A DNA stretch of 63,420 nt, filler included, from Dugesia japonica (GCA_001938525.1; 6 parts of 6 records of this genome joined end to end with filler, not necessarily neighbours in it), one strand, 5' to 3'; positions 1-12,365 are shown, counted from the first letter of the whole stretch. Translations and numbers: made by a program. Notes: generated from the letters alone by a model not told the origin.

Positions 1-423
1 TCGTGCTTACTTACGCCATTCTATTTGCCTTAATCCGGTGTTTCACCTCAACAAAATACTCTCTCTTTTGAAAAGAATTCCGTCCCGGAATCTAATACTC
101 TTGTTGACTTTATTTTCTCTGATGGTTGCTCGTGTGCTTTTTTGCTCCGATCGGTTTCCATGCTTTAAAACCTAAAATACATTTATAATAACATTTAGAT
201 TCACCTTCACTCAATAGGTCATGCATTCAGTTGACTACAGCAATCTCAACAATATCTAGAAAGATCGACAGAAAGGATAAGATCAGTATAGAATAACTAA
301 GAACTAATCAGTATATCATGCGTACTAGACAATACATGGACCTTTAAATTCAATATACAACATTTATAACATAGTTTACATTATACACCGATATTTATAG
401 TTAATATATCATAAGTTTGTTTA

Positions 424-1790
424 TTAGACCAAATTTCCTGTCAATCTACGAAGTGGTGAGTAGCGACTCTCGTTGCTTCCTTCTGAATAGATTATGGAAT
501 CATCTGATGGTTCATTGAATGATTGGTTCTGCCAGATAGGGCTTATTATTGCAATGGAGTTTGCTGGTGCTGCTTTGTTCCAGATTTCGTTATAATTTGG
601 TTTTGGAGCTTGGATTTGATCGATTTTGTTTATATTTAGATTTTCATCTGCTCTGGTTTCCAGTTCTGTTGACGATCTGTTAGCTGCCCGTAGAACGTTT
701 CTCTTTCCTCAAATATTTCCAATGATTTTTTATTAGTTGCTCTCTGTTCTTTTATGGTTTTCTCAGATAATAGTTAAAAGTTTTTACATTGTATTTGGCT
801 TGACCGTAAGGCTTCTTCTAATTGAGATATATGTTTTCGGCTGAATGACATTCTTCTTTGTAAGTGTGCCAACTCTGTATCCCTTAATATCGTTGCATCT
901 CTTTTTTCTCCCATTGCTTTATCTGCTAATAACTTGAAATTTTGGCATTGTACTTGACTCATTCGTAAAGCTTCTTCTAATCTGGATATCCGGTCATCAT
1001 ATGCATTACGTCTTTTCTGCCAATCTTCTGGCACTGTCTGATAATTATCTTGTTCCACTTGTGTCATTAATTGGTTTCCATTTAAACTATCCGGCGTTTC
1101 TACTGTTTCCTCTTCCTTAGTTACTTGTAACATACCCAACTTGTTTGATATTTCTATTATTATAGCTAAGTCTTCACGACTTGCTTTAAATCGGCACATT
1201 CTTATGGTGTGTCCGGTTCTTCCACAGTTGAAACATCTAGGAATACCACATTGTTCTGCCAGATGACCTCTTCCTCTACACTTAGTACAATGTTTGTCCG
1301 GTTGGTATACTATTTCAGTATGTCCTTTGCGGCCACATTTTTTGCATTTTAACCCACATGAAGCTATCATGTGGTCTCTTTTTCCACATCTTGGGCAACC
1401 TTCCCGTCTAAAGGTAGGTTCGATATCTGATTCTTTTTTACACTGTTTCTCTGTATGTTCTAATTTACTACATAATTTGCATGGTTTTTTCCAACATAGT
1501 TTCTTTGGATGATCTGATTCCCCACAATATTCGCATAGTCTATTTTTCCAGCACCATGTTGCCAAATGTCCAAGTTTACTGCATGCACTGCACTTATAGT
1601 TTTCTTTTTGTTTAGGCACTGTGGGTTTCAGTGTTACTCCTTCTGGTTCATCCCAAGTTTTTAACAACAATTGTATTGCGGATTTCGTCCTCTTTCCTTG
1701 TTCTCTGAATTTCGATAGCCTTGACTTTAGAACATTTTCAACTATTGCTTCTACCGATACTTTCCGTACTGAGTTGGTTACCTCTTCCAA
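424..1790 (-). pseudogene. Seven-knuckle CCHC array, internally repeated coiled coil and C-terminal tail
   Basis: ORF 774-1790 has 7 CX2CX4HX4C-type motifs (one degenerate). The repeat ISRLEEALRMSQVQCQNFKLL / ISQLEEALRSSQIQCKNF*LL suggests the stop at 774 is a point mutation. The tail WNKAAP...SNESRYSPLRRLTGNLV* is conserved in the copy at ~41590-41750. Confidence 0.75.
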
Positions 1791-1814
1791 CTCCTTTAAC
1801 TGTAACGTTAATAC

Positions 1815-2948
1815 TCATAACAGTTCTTCCATTTGATCTGTCAGATCGTTGTTTAACGATAATTGTGACTCTTGATTTGAGTTTAACTTTGTTATATAGT
1901 TTATTTGTTCTTGGCTACGTTTTTGGTTTATTTTAGTTTCTTGAATATTTAGAGTGTCTACTTCTGATAACTGGTTACTATTTTTCGTTTGTCTAATTGT
2001 TTGTCTTCCCTTTTTCATTTTTGACACTACTTCTGTAAAGACATCTGATTGTTTTATTTCTACAGTTTCTACCTGTAGCATGCAAAAATTAACCGAGTCG
2101 GACTCCATATTTTCTTGTTCTCCTCCCTTGCTGTGGTGAATTTGTGTTGGTTCTTTCCTAGTCCTTTTTCTCTTATTGCTACAATTTTTTGATATATGTC
2201 CTTTTCCGCCATAGCAGTGGCATATTCTATCTGCCCAACATTTTTCTTCTATATGTCCTTTCTTTTTACATATTTTGCACTTTTGTATACTGACAATGAT
2301 CCGCCGTTCTTTTTCTACGAGTTTTAGTATCCTTATTATTAACACGGTCTTTTCGTCTGCTTCTTCAGGCATTAGATTTACTTTGTGAGTTATTTTTTTA
2401 AATTTTTGTAGTTGCATTGTTACCGTTCGCCGTAAGTCTTTAGATGGATTCGAGATGTCGTCTTCTTTAATGTTCTTTTCATTCTTTGTTTTTCTGTTCA
2501 TTGTCGATCTTGGTTCTTGCCACTTTGATACTATCTGTTCGTTAAATAATGTTAATGCTCGGAGACCTTTCNNNCTCAAGCTTATCTTTAATCGATTTAG
2601 ATGTCGGTTATTTCGTCCATCCCCTTTATTTTGGACGAATATATTGATTCTAGCGTTTTTCCAGAGTCCCCCTTATTGTACTGGGTCCATGAACTCACTG
2701 TCAAAAAGTGTAGAACCGAAGTATAATTCTTCCGTTTTTTTATCTGTCTGTTCTATTGGTTCTTGGTTGTTATTTCTAATCAATTCCGCTATATCGCACC
2801 AGCGATAATTTTCTGATATGATCAGTTTTATCTTATTGCAAAGCCATAAAACTTTTATTTTAAGTGATTCTGATTTTAAACCTAATAACCTTTGGGCTTG
2901 GTTATATACCAGCTCCTCTAATAACACTTGGTGTTCTTGACTAACCAT
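1815..2948 (-). pseudogene. Post-protease segment of the element polyprotein with 2 CCHC knuckles
   Basis: ORFs 2673-2948 and 1815-2579; CKICKKKGHIEEKC and degenerate CHCYGGKGHISKNC. Confidence 0.65.
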
Positions 2949-3224
2949 TGGTTTAAAATTATGTAGAGCTCCGATGAGTTCTGCTGTGCTAGCTGAAATC
3001 AGTTGTTTATTCTGACTTATTACTTTGATGACCTCCTGGTTTTTATTTTCATAGTTTCTTTAGCCAGAAAATTTTGATACCGGTCTTCCAAAAGGTTTTT
3101 GTCTTTTCCTAGATTGGGGTTTTCTTACCTTACTTGCAACATGCTTAACATTTCTGATTTTGGTTTTTCTGATTCGATTTGAAATGTAATCTCGAATCCA
3201 ATTTGGAATCCAATTTTGTCCCAA

Positions 3225-3510
3225 TTAACAATTTTGGCATTAAATCTGTTCCTAATACTGCATCTACATTGGTTTTCATCACAAGGAATTAGTGCTTTAT
3301 TGTCTTTTCTTGAAGTTGTGCATTACACTCTAATGTTCCATTGATCTGCAAGGTTTCCCCGTTAACACCTGTTGCTCTGGTTGTATAAGGTTTTTTTTCT
3401 TTTCTCTTATTTTGGGATATATTTTTTATATTCACCATTGATCGCGATGCTCCTGTATCCAACAGTGTTTTCATTGATTGGTTGTCAATTCTTATGATCA
3501 ATGAAAAGCT
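3225..3510 (-). pseudogene. Retropepsin (aspartic protease) domain
   Basis: IRIDNQSMKTLLDTGASRSMV ... VDAVLGTDLMPKLL, with one internal stop. Confidence 0.9.
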
Positions 3511-3599
3511 AAATCCGCCATCTTGAGTTTCTATTCCGGTTATTTGCTCATTCTGTTACTCTTCCTTATTTTCCGTGTTTATTGTATCTTCTGGAGTTA

Positions 3600-4793
3600 T
3601 TTTATTCTCCTTTTGCTCGATTTCCTCTGGGGAGCTTTCTCCTTCAATGAGTTTTAGCTTAGCTAGGGCTTTTCTTAGTCGAGTGATTCTTTGATGATTC
3701 CTTTTTATTTGATCACGTAACTGATGGTTTTCCTTGGATAGGGTTCTTGCTACCCTTTTATTCCTTGTATTTTCAGCATCTTTATCTTGTCGTAAATGAT
3801 ACCATTGTACATTTTTGATTGGATAACGATTTTCTTCGAAGCTACGACTTCTTCTGGCTTCTGTTAAAGTCCTTGGTCCTGCAAGGTCTATTCTGTGTCG
3901 ACATAGTCTTGCGATATGACTCTGTTTTCCACAGATGTAACAAACTTTATTTTTTATTTGACAATCTTTAGCTTGGTGACCTTGTTTGTTGCAATTGTAA
4001 CATTTTTGTACTCGCTGAGTCTTTGGTAATACCTCGTTAATACCTAGGCTCTAGGTACTTTGATTCTTAGCATGTGCAATTTTGTTGATTCTTTACTTTG
4101 GTTCACACTTTTTTGGCTTTGAGTTGNNNNNNNNNNNNNNNNNNNNNNNNNNNNNNNNNNNNNNNNNNNNNNNNNNNNNNNNTTCTTCGGGGTGCCCTTT
4201 CTTTCCGCATTTACTACAATATCTTTGCCAGCATTTATCCATGTGGTGATTTTTTCAACCACAAACGCTGCAAAATGTATAGATGATTGTACACTGATTG
4301 GTACTGTGGTGAGTCCTCCGACAATTTTGGCATCTATTCTGTTTATCCATTGTATCTTGACTAAAGGTTTCTTTTCCGATAATTAATCGTTGTTCTGCTA
4401 ATGCTTTATTAATTGCTTCTGCTTTTAATATAGCAGTGGTCAAATCAAGAGGTTTGCTGGAAGCTACATGGCTTCTTAATAGTAGGTTTCGCAGGCCAAT
4501 CTGAAACATCTTATTATCATTTGTTCATTTGTTAAGCCTGCTAATCTTGACAAATCTATTAGTGCGGCTGCAAATTCTTGGAAGGTTTCATTTTCCCTTT
4601 ATTTCCTTCATGCCAGTTGTTCATATAGTCCCCAAATACGTTTATTTTCTCGTTTTTTTACTGTTCATTCCTCCATCACTTTGTTAGCAACTTTTCCTGC
4701 TTTCTTTCTTTCTTGAATTATGGATGTCTTATCTGCTTCTGTATGTAGCATATACAGTCTTTCCGGTTCATTGTTCTTGGTTAGTTTTTTACA
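3600..4793 (-). pseudogene. Second Gag-like module: capsid C-terminal-like domain plus 5 CCHC knuckles and a coiled coil (stops and frameshifts)
   Basis: Manual translation: LYEQLA*RK*RENETFQEFAAALIDLSRLAG...MFQIGLRNLLLRSHVASSKPLDLTTAILKAE; CQNCRRTHHSTNQC, CSVCG*KNHHMDKC, CSKCGKKGHPEE, CYNCNKQGHQAKDC, CYICGKQSHIARLC. Confidence 0.75.
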
Positions 4794-4878
4794 NNNNNNN
4801 NNNNNNNNNNNNNNNNNNNNNNNNNNNNNNNNNNNNNNNNNNNNNNNNNNNNNNNNNNNNNNNNNNNNNNNNNNNNNN

Positions 4879-5565
4879 CCGATGCCCAGTTTTTTGACAA
4901 TAACGACAGATGAGTGGTGCATTCGTGCAATCCTCACTCTTATGCCCTTTTCGTTCGCATCTTCCACATTTTTTCTTTATATAATGGCAATCATTTTCCT
5001 GATGACCATTGCGTCGACATTTACTGCATCGTCCTGGTCGTGGAACTGGCTCTGATGTTGCTGGTTCATATTCCTGATGCATTTTAATAGCTTCTTCTAA
5101 TGTTTGCGGTTTTCGATTTTTGATGAATGGTTGTAATTTTTTATCCCAGATTCCTTCAATATAGGGGTTGATGCATGCACTATCCTTTTCTGGGGACCAT
5201 TTTTCCGTCGGAAGGAGTTGTCTAAACCTGATAGCATATAATATTGGACTCTCTGCTTCTTGCTGTTTGCAGTATAGTACTTCTCGCAATGCTTGCTGGA
5301 ATTCTCTTTGGATTTCAAAGTTTTTTCGTAATAATTGTTCTATAGCATTCCGTGATTTGAACAGTTCACCTATAGCCCTTATCTGATGTCTGTAGAGTAT
5401 TTTTGCAGTTCCTTCCAGGTGAAGTGGTGTCATATTGATTTTGTCTTTTTCTTCCCACTCAAAAGCTTTGGCATGCTCTTCATGGCTTAGGAGGAACACG
5501 TTATTTTCTTCGGGGTTACATTTGAAGGATTCACCGTGATATCGTTCTAATGATTTTCTTTGCAT
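4879..5565 (-). pseudogene. gag: Gag module 1: capsid-like domain plus 3 CCHC zinc knuckles
   Basis: LHLEGTAKILY...CKQQEAESPILYAIRFRQL...YIEGI..KKLQPFIKNRKPQTLEEAIK, then CSKCRRNGHQENDC, CGRCERKGHKSEDC, CRYCQKTGHR (runs into an N gap). Confidence 0.85.
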
Positions 5566-6059
5566 ATTTCTAAAAGAAGATATAATTACATACTAATTTA
5601 CTTGGATAGTGTCAATTGGTACAACGATTTCCGACTCGATTGTACTTGCTCCAGTGAATTTTTGGTACCTGTAACACATAAAAAAATTATTTTTTTTTAG
5701 ATAATCCCCGCTACTATTTACCCTTTAATCTAAGTCATACACTTGTTAAAGTCATTTTTCATCTCTTCACTCACCCTCGGTTTTTTTAGATTCGACGTCT
5801 TCGTCGAACTCTTTATTAGGGCTGCTAATTAATATTTACTCGTTTTTTTGCTGATTTTCCATCACTGGGGTTTATTTTAAAATCGCATTTTAATCCTATG
5901 ATGTCTTTCGTATTTATTCTGCAGTGACTGACTGATTTTGTATTTATTATCAATTTTTACTTTGATTCAATTAGCTAATTTTATAGCTTGATTTAAAATC
6001 GAATATTACATTTGATGTATTAATTGCTTTATTACCTATTAGTAGTTTGTTTATGAGAT

Positions 6060-6780
6060 ACAATCACTCCGTTATAATTTAATATGCTTATGAAAAATAA
6101 TACTTTTGTAACTCCCCCTTCTAGACACAATTTTTGTTTTACTTATGAAATGCAATAATCTTTGTAATTTCGCTTATGAACTGTAATGATCTTCATATAA
6201 CTTTGTTGTCTAAAACGAAATATATCTTTGGAATTTGCTTCTGAAATACGATACTTTACGCAATTTGCTGCTGAACTGTAATGGTCGTTGTATACTTAGC
6301 TGTCTAAAACATAATATCTTTTCGTGATTTTTTCTTGAAATACAATATTTGTTTGCAGTTTGCTTCTGAACTGTAACAATTGGTATATAACTTTGTCTAT
6401 CACGTCATATCCTTTTATAATTTACTCTTAAAATGCAACACTTATTCACAATTTGCTGCTGAACTCTATCCGTTATAATTTACCCTTGAAATACAATACT
6501 GATTCGCAATTTGCTGCCGAACTGTAACACATAATATCCTTTTATAATTTACTCTTGAAATACAATACTTATTCGCATTTTGCTGCTGAACTNNNNNNNN
6601 NNNNNNNNNNNNNNNNNNNNNNNNNNNNNNNNNNNNNNNNNNNNNNNNNNNNNNNNNNNNNNNNNNNNNNNNNNNNNATAATACTCTTGAAATACAATAC
6701 TTATTCGCAAATTGTGCTGAACTATAACAATCTTTATATAACTTTATCTAACACATAATATCCTTTTATCATTTACTCTT
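6060..6780. repeat. Degenerate tandem array in the element leader (~31-32 bp subunits in ~93-95 bp higher-order units)
   Basis: GAACT(G/C)TA recurs at ~6178, 6273, 6368, 6461; subunits of the form TTGAAATACAATACTTATTCGCAATTTGCTGCTGAACT. Confidence 0.85.
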
Positions 6781-9700
6781 CAAGCTTATCTGCAAATTGT
6801 TTATGTTTGGAATAACCAGAAAATGTTTTGCCGATTTGATCCGAAGGAGACGATACTATTCGTTACCTTCTTGAATTGCCTTTGGCTTGTACCGGCTCAT
6901 AAAATAATTCTGGTGACGAATTAGTTGGTTGTAACCAGTAGCTGTTGCTACTATGAGACTTGTATAAGCCTACATCTGAATTGATCGTGTCCTCTGAAGT
7001 GTAGTGAATACGTCCTAGAAGTAAGTGTACTACCGTTACTGACATCTAAGATTCGTTACCTTGTATAAGACGTGGACGGTTTGTCGGTTTCCACCGAGAC
7101 TGGTTTTCCCTTCCGGTCCCATCGCTTTCCTCATTTTATAACAGTCATAACTACTCGAGCAGCTTTTGCTGCGGACAACTGAGCCGATCGTATCTCAGAT
7201 GTCTCGTTGATCAGACCAATTTCACAACTGCTAATCTCGACTAGTATGATAGTTGAGGCTTCTTATTGTACTAAGTCTTCCTGTGGGTTATGTTAATTTA
7301 ATTTTGTCACCTTCCTTGCTCCTAGTCACATTTTCTGGCCAAGCTTGTGAGGTAGGAGGACCCCCCTGTGAACCCTTACTTTATTTCATTTTTATTTCCA
7401 ACATCATTAATTTGCTTATACGTATCACTCTAAGATCCACAGTTCACATTAATTTCACTATTCTTACTTTACTCATCTTGAATTTGCTTTATTCTTAACC
7501 ATACTATACTTAATTTATTNNNNNNATATATACTTAACTCACTTACTTAATCTTAATCTTGATATACTCTATTTTCGTTTCATACTCGTAATCTTACTCT
7601 CTACTAATTTCAAGGTTCTTAATTTGCTTAAATCGTGATAGACTTTAAAAACGCTTTACTTTAAGATTCCGAATTTCATTTTAATATTCTGAACTGGTTT
7701 TTATCATGATATACTTTATTTTAATACATTTGCTTTATTTTAAGATACTGAGTTTAATTCCAATATCATTCCTTTGCTCATTTTACTTTAATCTGTTCCA
7801 TCTACTTTAGAAAGTTGAATTTACCCTAACTTTAATATTCTTTATTTATTTTACTTAATATTTTTAATTTACTTTAGTTTTACTTACATTATAATGCTCT
7901 TAATTCACTTTTTTATGTTTGCTCTGATTTAATAATCGTATTACTGTGCTCAAATTACCTTAATTTATTTAATTTTACTTTTTATTTCATTTTGTTATTC
8001 TTATTTGGCTTTAATTTTACTTCCTTTAGTTTACTTTAATTTTAATTGATTTTGATTCTAAGATTCCTACTTTGCTTTAATTTTTACCCTTATTTTCTTA
8101 CTTCATTTTAGTTTCTTAATATACTTTACCGCGTTAATCTTAGTTTGCTTTAATTTTCATTATTCAATTTCAATTTTAGTACTAATACTTACTCTTAATA
8201 AAATCTTGTTTAATTTAATTTGTCTTTATTATTTTATTTTTATTTTATGATTTTATTACTAAATATCCTAATTTTAATTGTACGCCAGCTACCAATCGTC
8301 AACTCGCCAGACCAAAAAAAAATTTTTTTTTCTTTTGTATATTCGCTCGAGTTATTGTTGTTCTCTGTCCACGTAGTTTATTTTTATTTAAAATAAGAAA
8401 CAACCGTGTTGTTTACAAAAGTGTAAGTCACTGAATCGATTATTTTAATAAAATTTAACTGGATTCTTTTGGGTAGTATGGTCAAATTATTCAAATGAAG
8501 GAATAGCAAGTTTAATATCTTCGTTTTTGTCAACTTCTAATTTCGGGCAAATTGTTGTTCCATTGGAAGCGATGAATAAGAATTTTGTTGGTATTAGGGT
8601 AGGAAACATTATTTCTTTTTTACAGTTAAGATCAAGAATCTTGTCTTTTAGTGTAATGTTTATTCCTTCTGCTGCAATAATCGAAACGGAAATTATTGAT
8701 TCTTGGTTTAATCATTGTTTCTACAAAATTTAGAATGTTTAAGCTGGAAGCATTTAGCGACATCTCCATTGTTCTTATATTGCTACTAATGTTTTTCGCA
8801 AATCAATATTTGTCATGCAACCAGATCTAGTAATAATTGGTAATGAACCCCAGAAACCATCCAGCATTGGCTTTAATTATTTTGGGTAGTGTTTTGAAAG
8901 ATTTATTTCGTCATTGTTTATGCCCAATTGGTATTGCGCCACAATGGGTTCCAGACAGATAATTTATATTCCTTATTTCAATGCCTTATTTCACTATTTC
9001 AGTAACATTTATTTGGGTTTTCATTTTAATTAATAGCTTTATAGATACTTAGAAGAAGGTGTATATTTATCGAAGGTCAAGAGGTGTATTTCTTGATTTC
9101 CAAGCTAGATGAAAAGGAGAATAGGCAACGGTCCTTTTCAGGGCCATAATTATTGGTTGTTATTTTTTTTTGTTTTTCGACGAGATAAATCTACTTAGTC
9201 TTTTCATTTAATTGTCGTAAAACGAAGAGATCAAAAGTCTTAATTTTTTTTTAAATCTTTAATTTATGAAATTTTTTAGCTATATTCATAATTAATCTAC
9301 ATAGTTTATCTTTGATGGTTGTGAATTTAATTTAATTTCGTTAAATAATTTCAGTGATAATTTTAGTACTAAAATTACTTATTTGTTTTGTATATAAAGA
9401 TAATACGTAATTTACTTTTCTATTTGGTTTTGAGACCTAGAATTTCATTTAATTGAACGATTTGTTTTATTTTAATACATTTTATTGAATTAAATCATTC
9501 CAAGATACCATAGCGTAGTGGTAAAAATGGCCTTATTTTCTATTATTCACCCTTGAGCAACGGGTAGCTTTTAATTTATTTTATCCCAGTATTTTATTAA
9601 TATTCGCTTGAAGGGAATTAATTGTTATCATAATTTCTTGATAATATAGATGGCCATGTATTACATACATCTTTTTTAGGGCAGTTTATATCCGAATCAG

Positions 9701-10080
9701 ATGCACCTGAATTGTTTAATTTGCCAACTCATACCTCGATTTCTAGTACAGTCTGTTATTGAAAGAGCATTCATTTTCGAAGAAAATTGATATATCGCTT
9801 AAAATGATATTGGTAGTTAAATATTCCAGGACTTATGTCAATTATTAGGGCATAACAAATCACGTTTGCCTAAAATCGCATATTGGTAAGGTTAAGTCTT
9901 CCCAAAGATACCCTTAACTTATTTTAAGTCACCATGCTATTGTTATAAATTTTATGATTGAAATAACATTAATTTTAACCCTTTCTTTTTATTAAATTCT
10001 TTGCTTAATGTGGTTATAATATAAATTTTTTCTTTTAACTGAAACAACAGTTATATCCACTTGCTAAAATAAAGAACAAT

Positions 10081-10098
10081 ATCCCGGCTAAGCCCCCA
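10081..10098 (-). promoter_or_regulatory. Primer-binding site, tRNA-Pro type
   Basis: Minus strand TGGGGGCTTAGCCGGGAT, 7 nt after the LTR end ...CCCCAACA; 15/18 match to the canonical tRNA-Pro PBS TGGGGGCTCGTCCGGGAT. Confidence 0.8.
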
Positions 10099-10105
10099 AA
10101 ATTCA

Positions 10106-10478
10106 TGTTGGGGTTTTACCCTGGATAAGTTTATTTCTTATATGATTAAATCTAGGGGCGTCAAACTTTATATTAAATTAAGTCTAGGGTAATTGACCTG
10201 GTAAAACCCCGCGATGAATTTGAATCTGGTGTCCCCCTAAAATCCAGATCTTCGGAATGAAGCCGTTGACTCGTAGCTCGAGAACAGACTCGCATTCCTT
10301 TAGTTCGGATTCTTTTACATGATACTCGCTTAATTTTCTAATCAAAATTAGCTTTCACAATTATCCGCTAATAATTTTCCGCTATCCTATAATTGATTAT
10401 AATTTTAATAGCTATTTAACAATTCCGAAAAACAAAAGAACTTGTAAGTGAAAAATATATTATGATTTAAATTTCACT
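10106..10478 (-). repeat. 3' part of the 5' LTR of the large element
   Basis: Reverse complement aligns to 63080-63319 and 54878-55049; all end in CCCCAACA. Confidence 0.8.
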
Positions 10479-10578
10479 NNNNNNNNNNNNNNNNNNNNNN
10501 NNNNNNNNNNNNNNNNNNNNNNTTAATTAATTAANNNNNNNNNNNNNNNNNNNNNNNNNNNNNNNNNNNNNNNNNNNN
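10479..10578. other. Artificial contig-join linker
   Basis: N44-TTAATTAATTAA-N44 (stops in all frames), identical at five sites. Confidence 0.97.

Positions 10579-10646
<68 letters not shown>
10579..10646. repeat. (AAT)n microsatellite at contig edge
   Basis: Direct reading. Confidence 0.95.
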
Positions 10647-12319
10647 TACTGAGCTGCATTCAAAATTGAAGTAGTTTTGGCTTTAAATGTATTCTTAAAT
10701 GAAATAAAAGTATCTTTTGCATAAACAAATATCTAAATATTAATATCTACATAAAATATATAATATCATGTTATTTCACTCCATTCAAAACGCGTATGGC
10801 CGAAGTTTTAAATCCTTCATTGTTACTTTGTTCTTTTATATTTTCCTAAAGAAAATATGTTCAAATTAATCCATTTCATAATGTAAATAATTTATTTCAT
10901 TTTCTTTTAGTTATGAATATTATTTAATTGGTTAGTATAGAAACAAAATATTTATTTATAATATTTAAGGAAAATTTTGGAGTTTTGATAGAATATAATT
11001 AATTCTTTTTAGATAAATTTTTTTTCAATCATTAAAACTTGTTAAGTGAGGTTATTCAGAATAATAGAAATTCAATCAAAACAAACAATGTTTTCTATTA
11101 AATTTTCTATATTAAATATGTTTTCTTTTAAATTTTCTATTATTTAATACAGTTTCATATTTTATTAAATTTTTATTTAATGATAAATATTATTATTAGA
11201 TGAATCTATAACATTCATATTTGTATTGACAAAATTAACACTTTTCATTCCTAGATTTATTCAAGACAAAACAAAAACACAAAGTATGAATTTTTTTTTT
11301 TAAAGAAATTCTAAAATAAGCTAAAATATTTTATTCAATTCTGACCGAAGTTATTTTTTAAAAAAATGCAAAAACAATAAATTTTATATTTAACAAATAA
11401 AATTATTTTTAATTACATTTCAAAAAATTTGACTCTAAAAGATTTTAATACAAATTAAATTATTTAAACGTTTATTTTGAAGTTATTCCAAAAATTAAAT
11501 TTTAAAATTAACGCAACAAAAAAAGTCATTTATTAATAATTAATTTTCAAATATTGAAATTTTTAGTTTCCTAACTTTATTCTATGAATTTAATTTAATT
11601 ATTTATTAAACTATTTTCGTTAACAATTTCGGTTGAACTATCAAAATTTTAACTGTCTCAAACCATACTTACAATTAGTTTTACAACTAGAAGAGAAAAC
11701 TTCATCGAAGACAATTTGTTAATCTGTATACAGTTAACAAAATATTTTGACCGATGTGCGTATTAAAGGTAGTTGATTATTTCATTTTTGGTTAATTATT
11801 TGTTTTGTTTTTTCTTTGCGTTTTTTCATATAATAATAATAATAACCCTTGAAATGTTTTGTTAATAACTATGAACTGATTTTGCTTTATTAATATCATA
11901 TGTTAACAACAAACAAGATGGAGAAACAATATATATTCATAAATTCATATTTTTAACAAATATTTAGAAAACTAGATTCATGTCAAATCAACTTCTTGCT
12001 TATAGGCTGTCTTCGATATTTCTCCGTAATAAACTTTACATGAAAACTTATTTATTTGATTCATCTAAATGGACTTTGATTATTTCAGTCATATTTATTA
12101 AATAAAAATATATCTAATTGTACAGATTACATAATATTTAACAATTATTAATATTAACCAATTCATTAAGACAAAGCAATTTGTCAAAATATGAATCATA
12201 CGCATGCAACATAAATGTAAAACTATTTCAATACACGAGCAGAGTGACATGACTCTAAAACAAAGTAATTTGTCAATTGTAAGATGATGCATTGCTTTTC
12301 TGTAACAGAGATAGATATT

Positions 12320-12365
12320 ACAATTGCAATTATTGCGAGAATAATTGTTGGACTTAACCATTGAT
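12320..12365. repeat. Dispersed repeat/MITE terminal motif (also ~38745-38790, ~55811-55855 rc, ~60626-60660 rc)
   Basis: TTACAATTGCAATTATTGCGAGAATAATTGTTGGACTTAACCATTGAT-like motif in four places. Confidence 0.7.

Larger units (their letters stand above)
1..10478 (-). mobile_element. Very large Ty3/Gypsy-type LTR retroelement (5' part; truncated by the window start and the linker)
   Basis: Minus-strand order: LTR 3' end (...GGGTAAAACCCCAACA at 10106), PBS, 4.5-kb leader, Gag-like ORF from 5565, retropepsin at ~3230-3510, further CCHC-rich ORFs down to ~424. Confidence 0.8.

Noticed and set aside
774-1790. Host CNBP/AIR1-like zinc-knuckle gene
   Set aside because: Intronless, in series with Gag and protease relics, carries a premature stop, and its tail recurs as a dispersed repeat
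1294-2808. Plus-strand short ORFs in the first contig
   Set aside because: Antisense shadows of the minus-strand retroelement ORFs
6060-6780. CRISPR-like periodicity of ~31-32 bp
   Set aside because: All subunits are mutually similar with no unique spacers, there are no cas genes, and the context is a eukaryotic retroelement
10081-10098. tRNA-Pro gene
   Set aside because: Only the 18-nt 3' end including CCA is present, adjacent to an LTR end, so it is a PBS and not a tRNA gene
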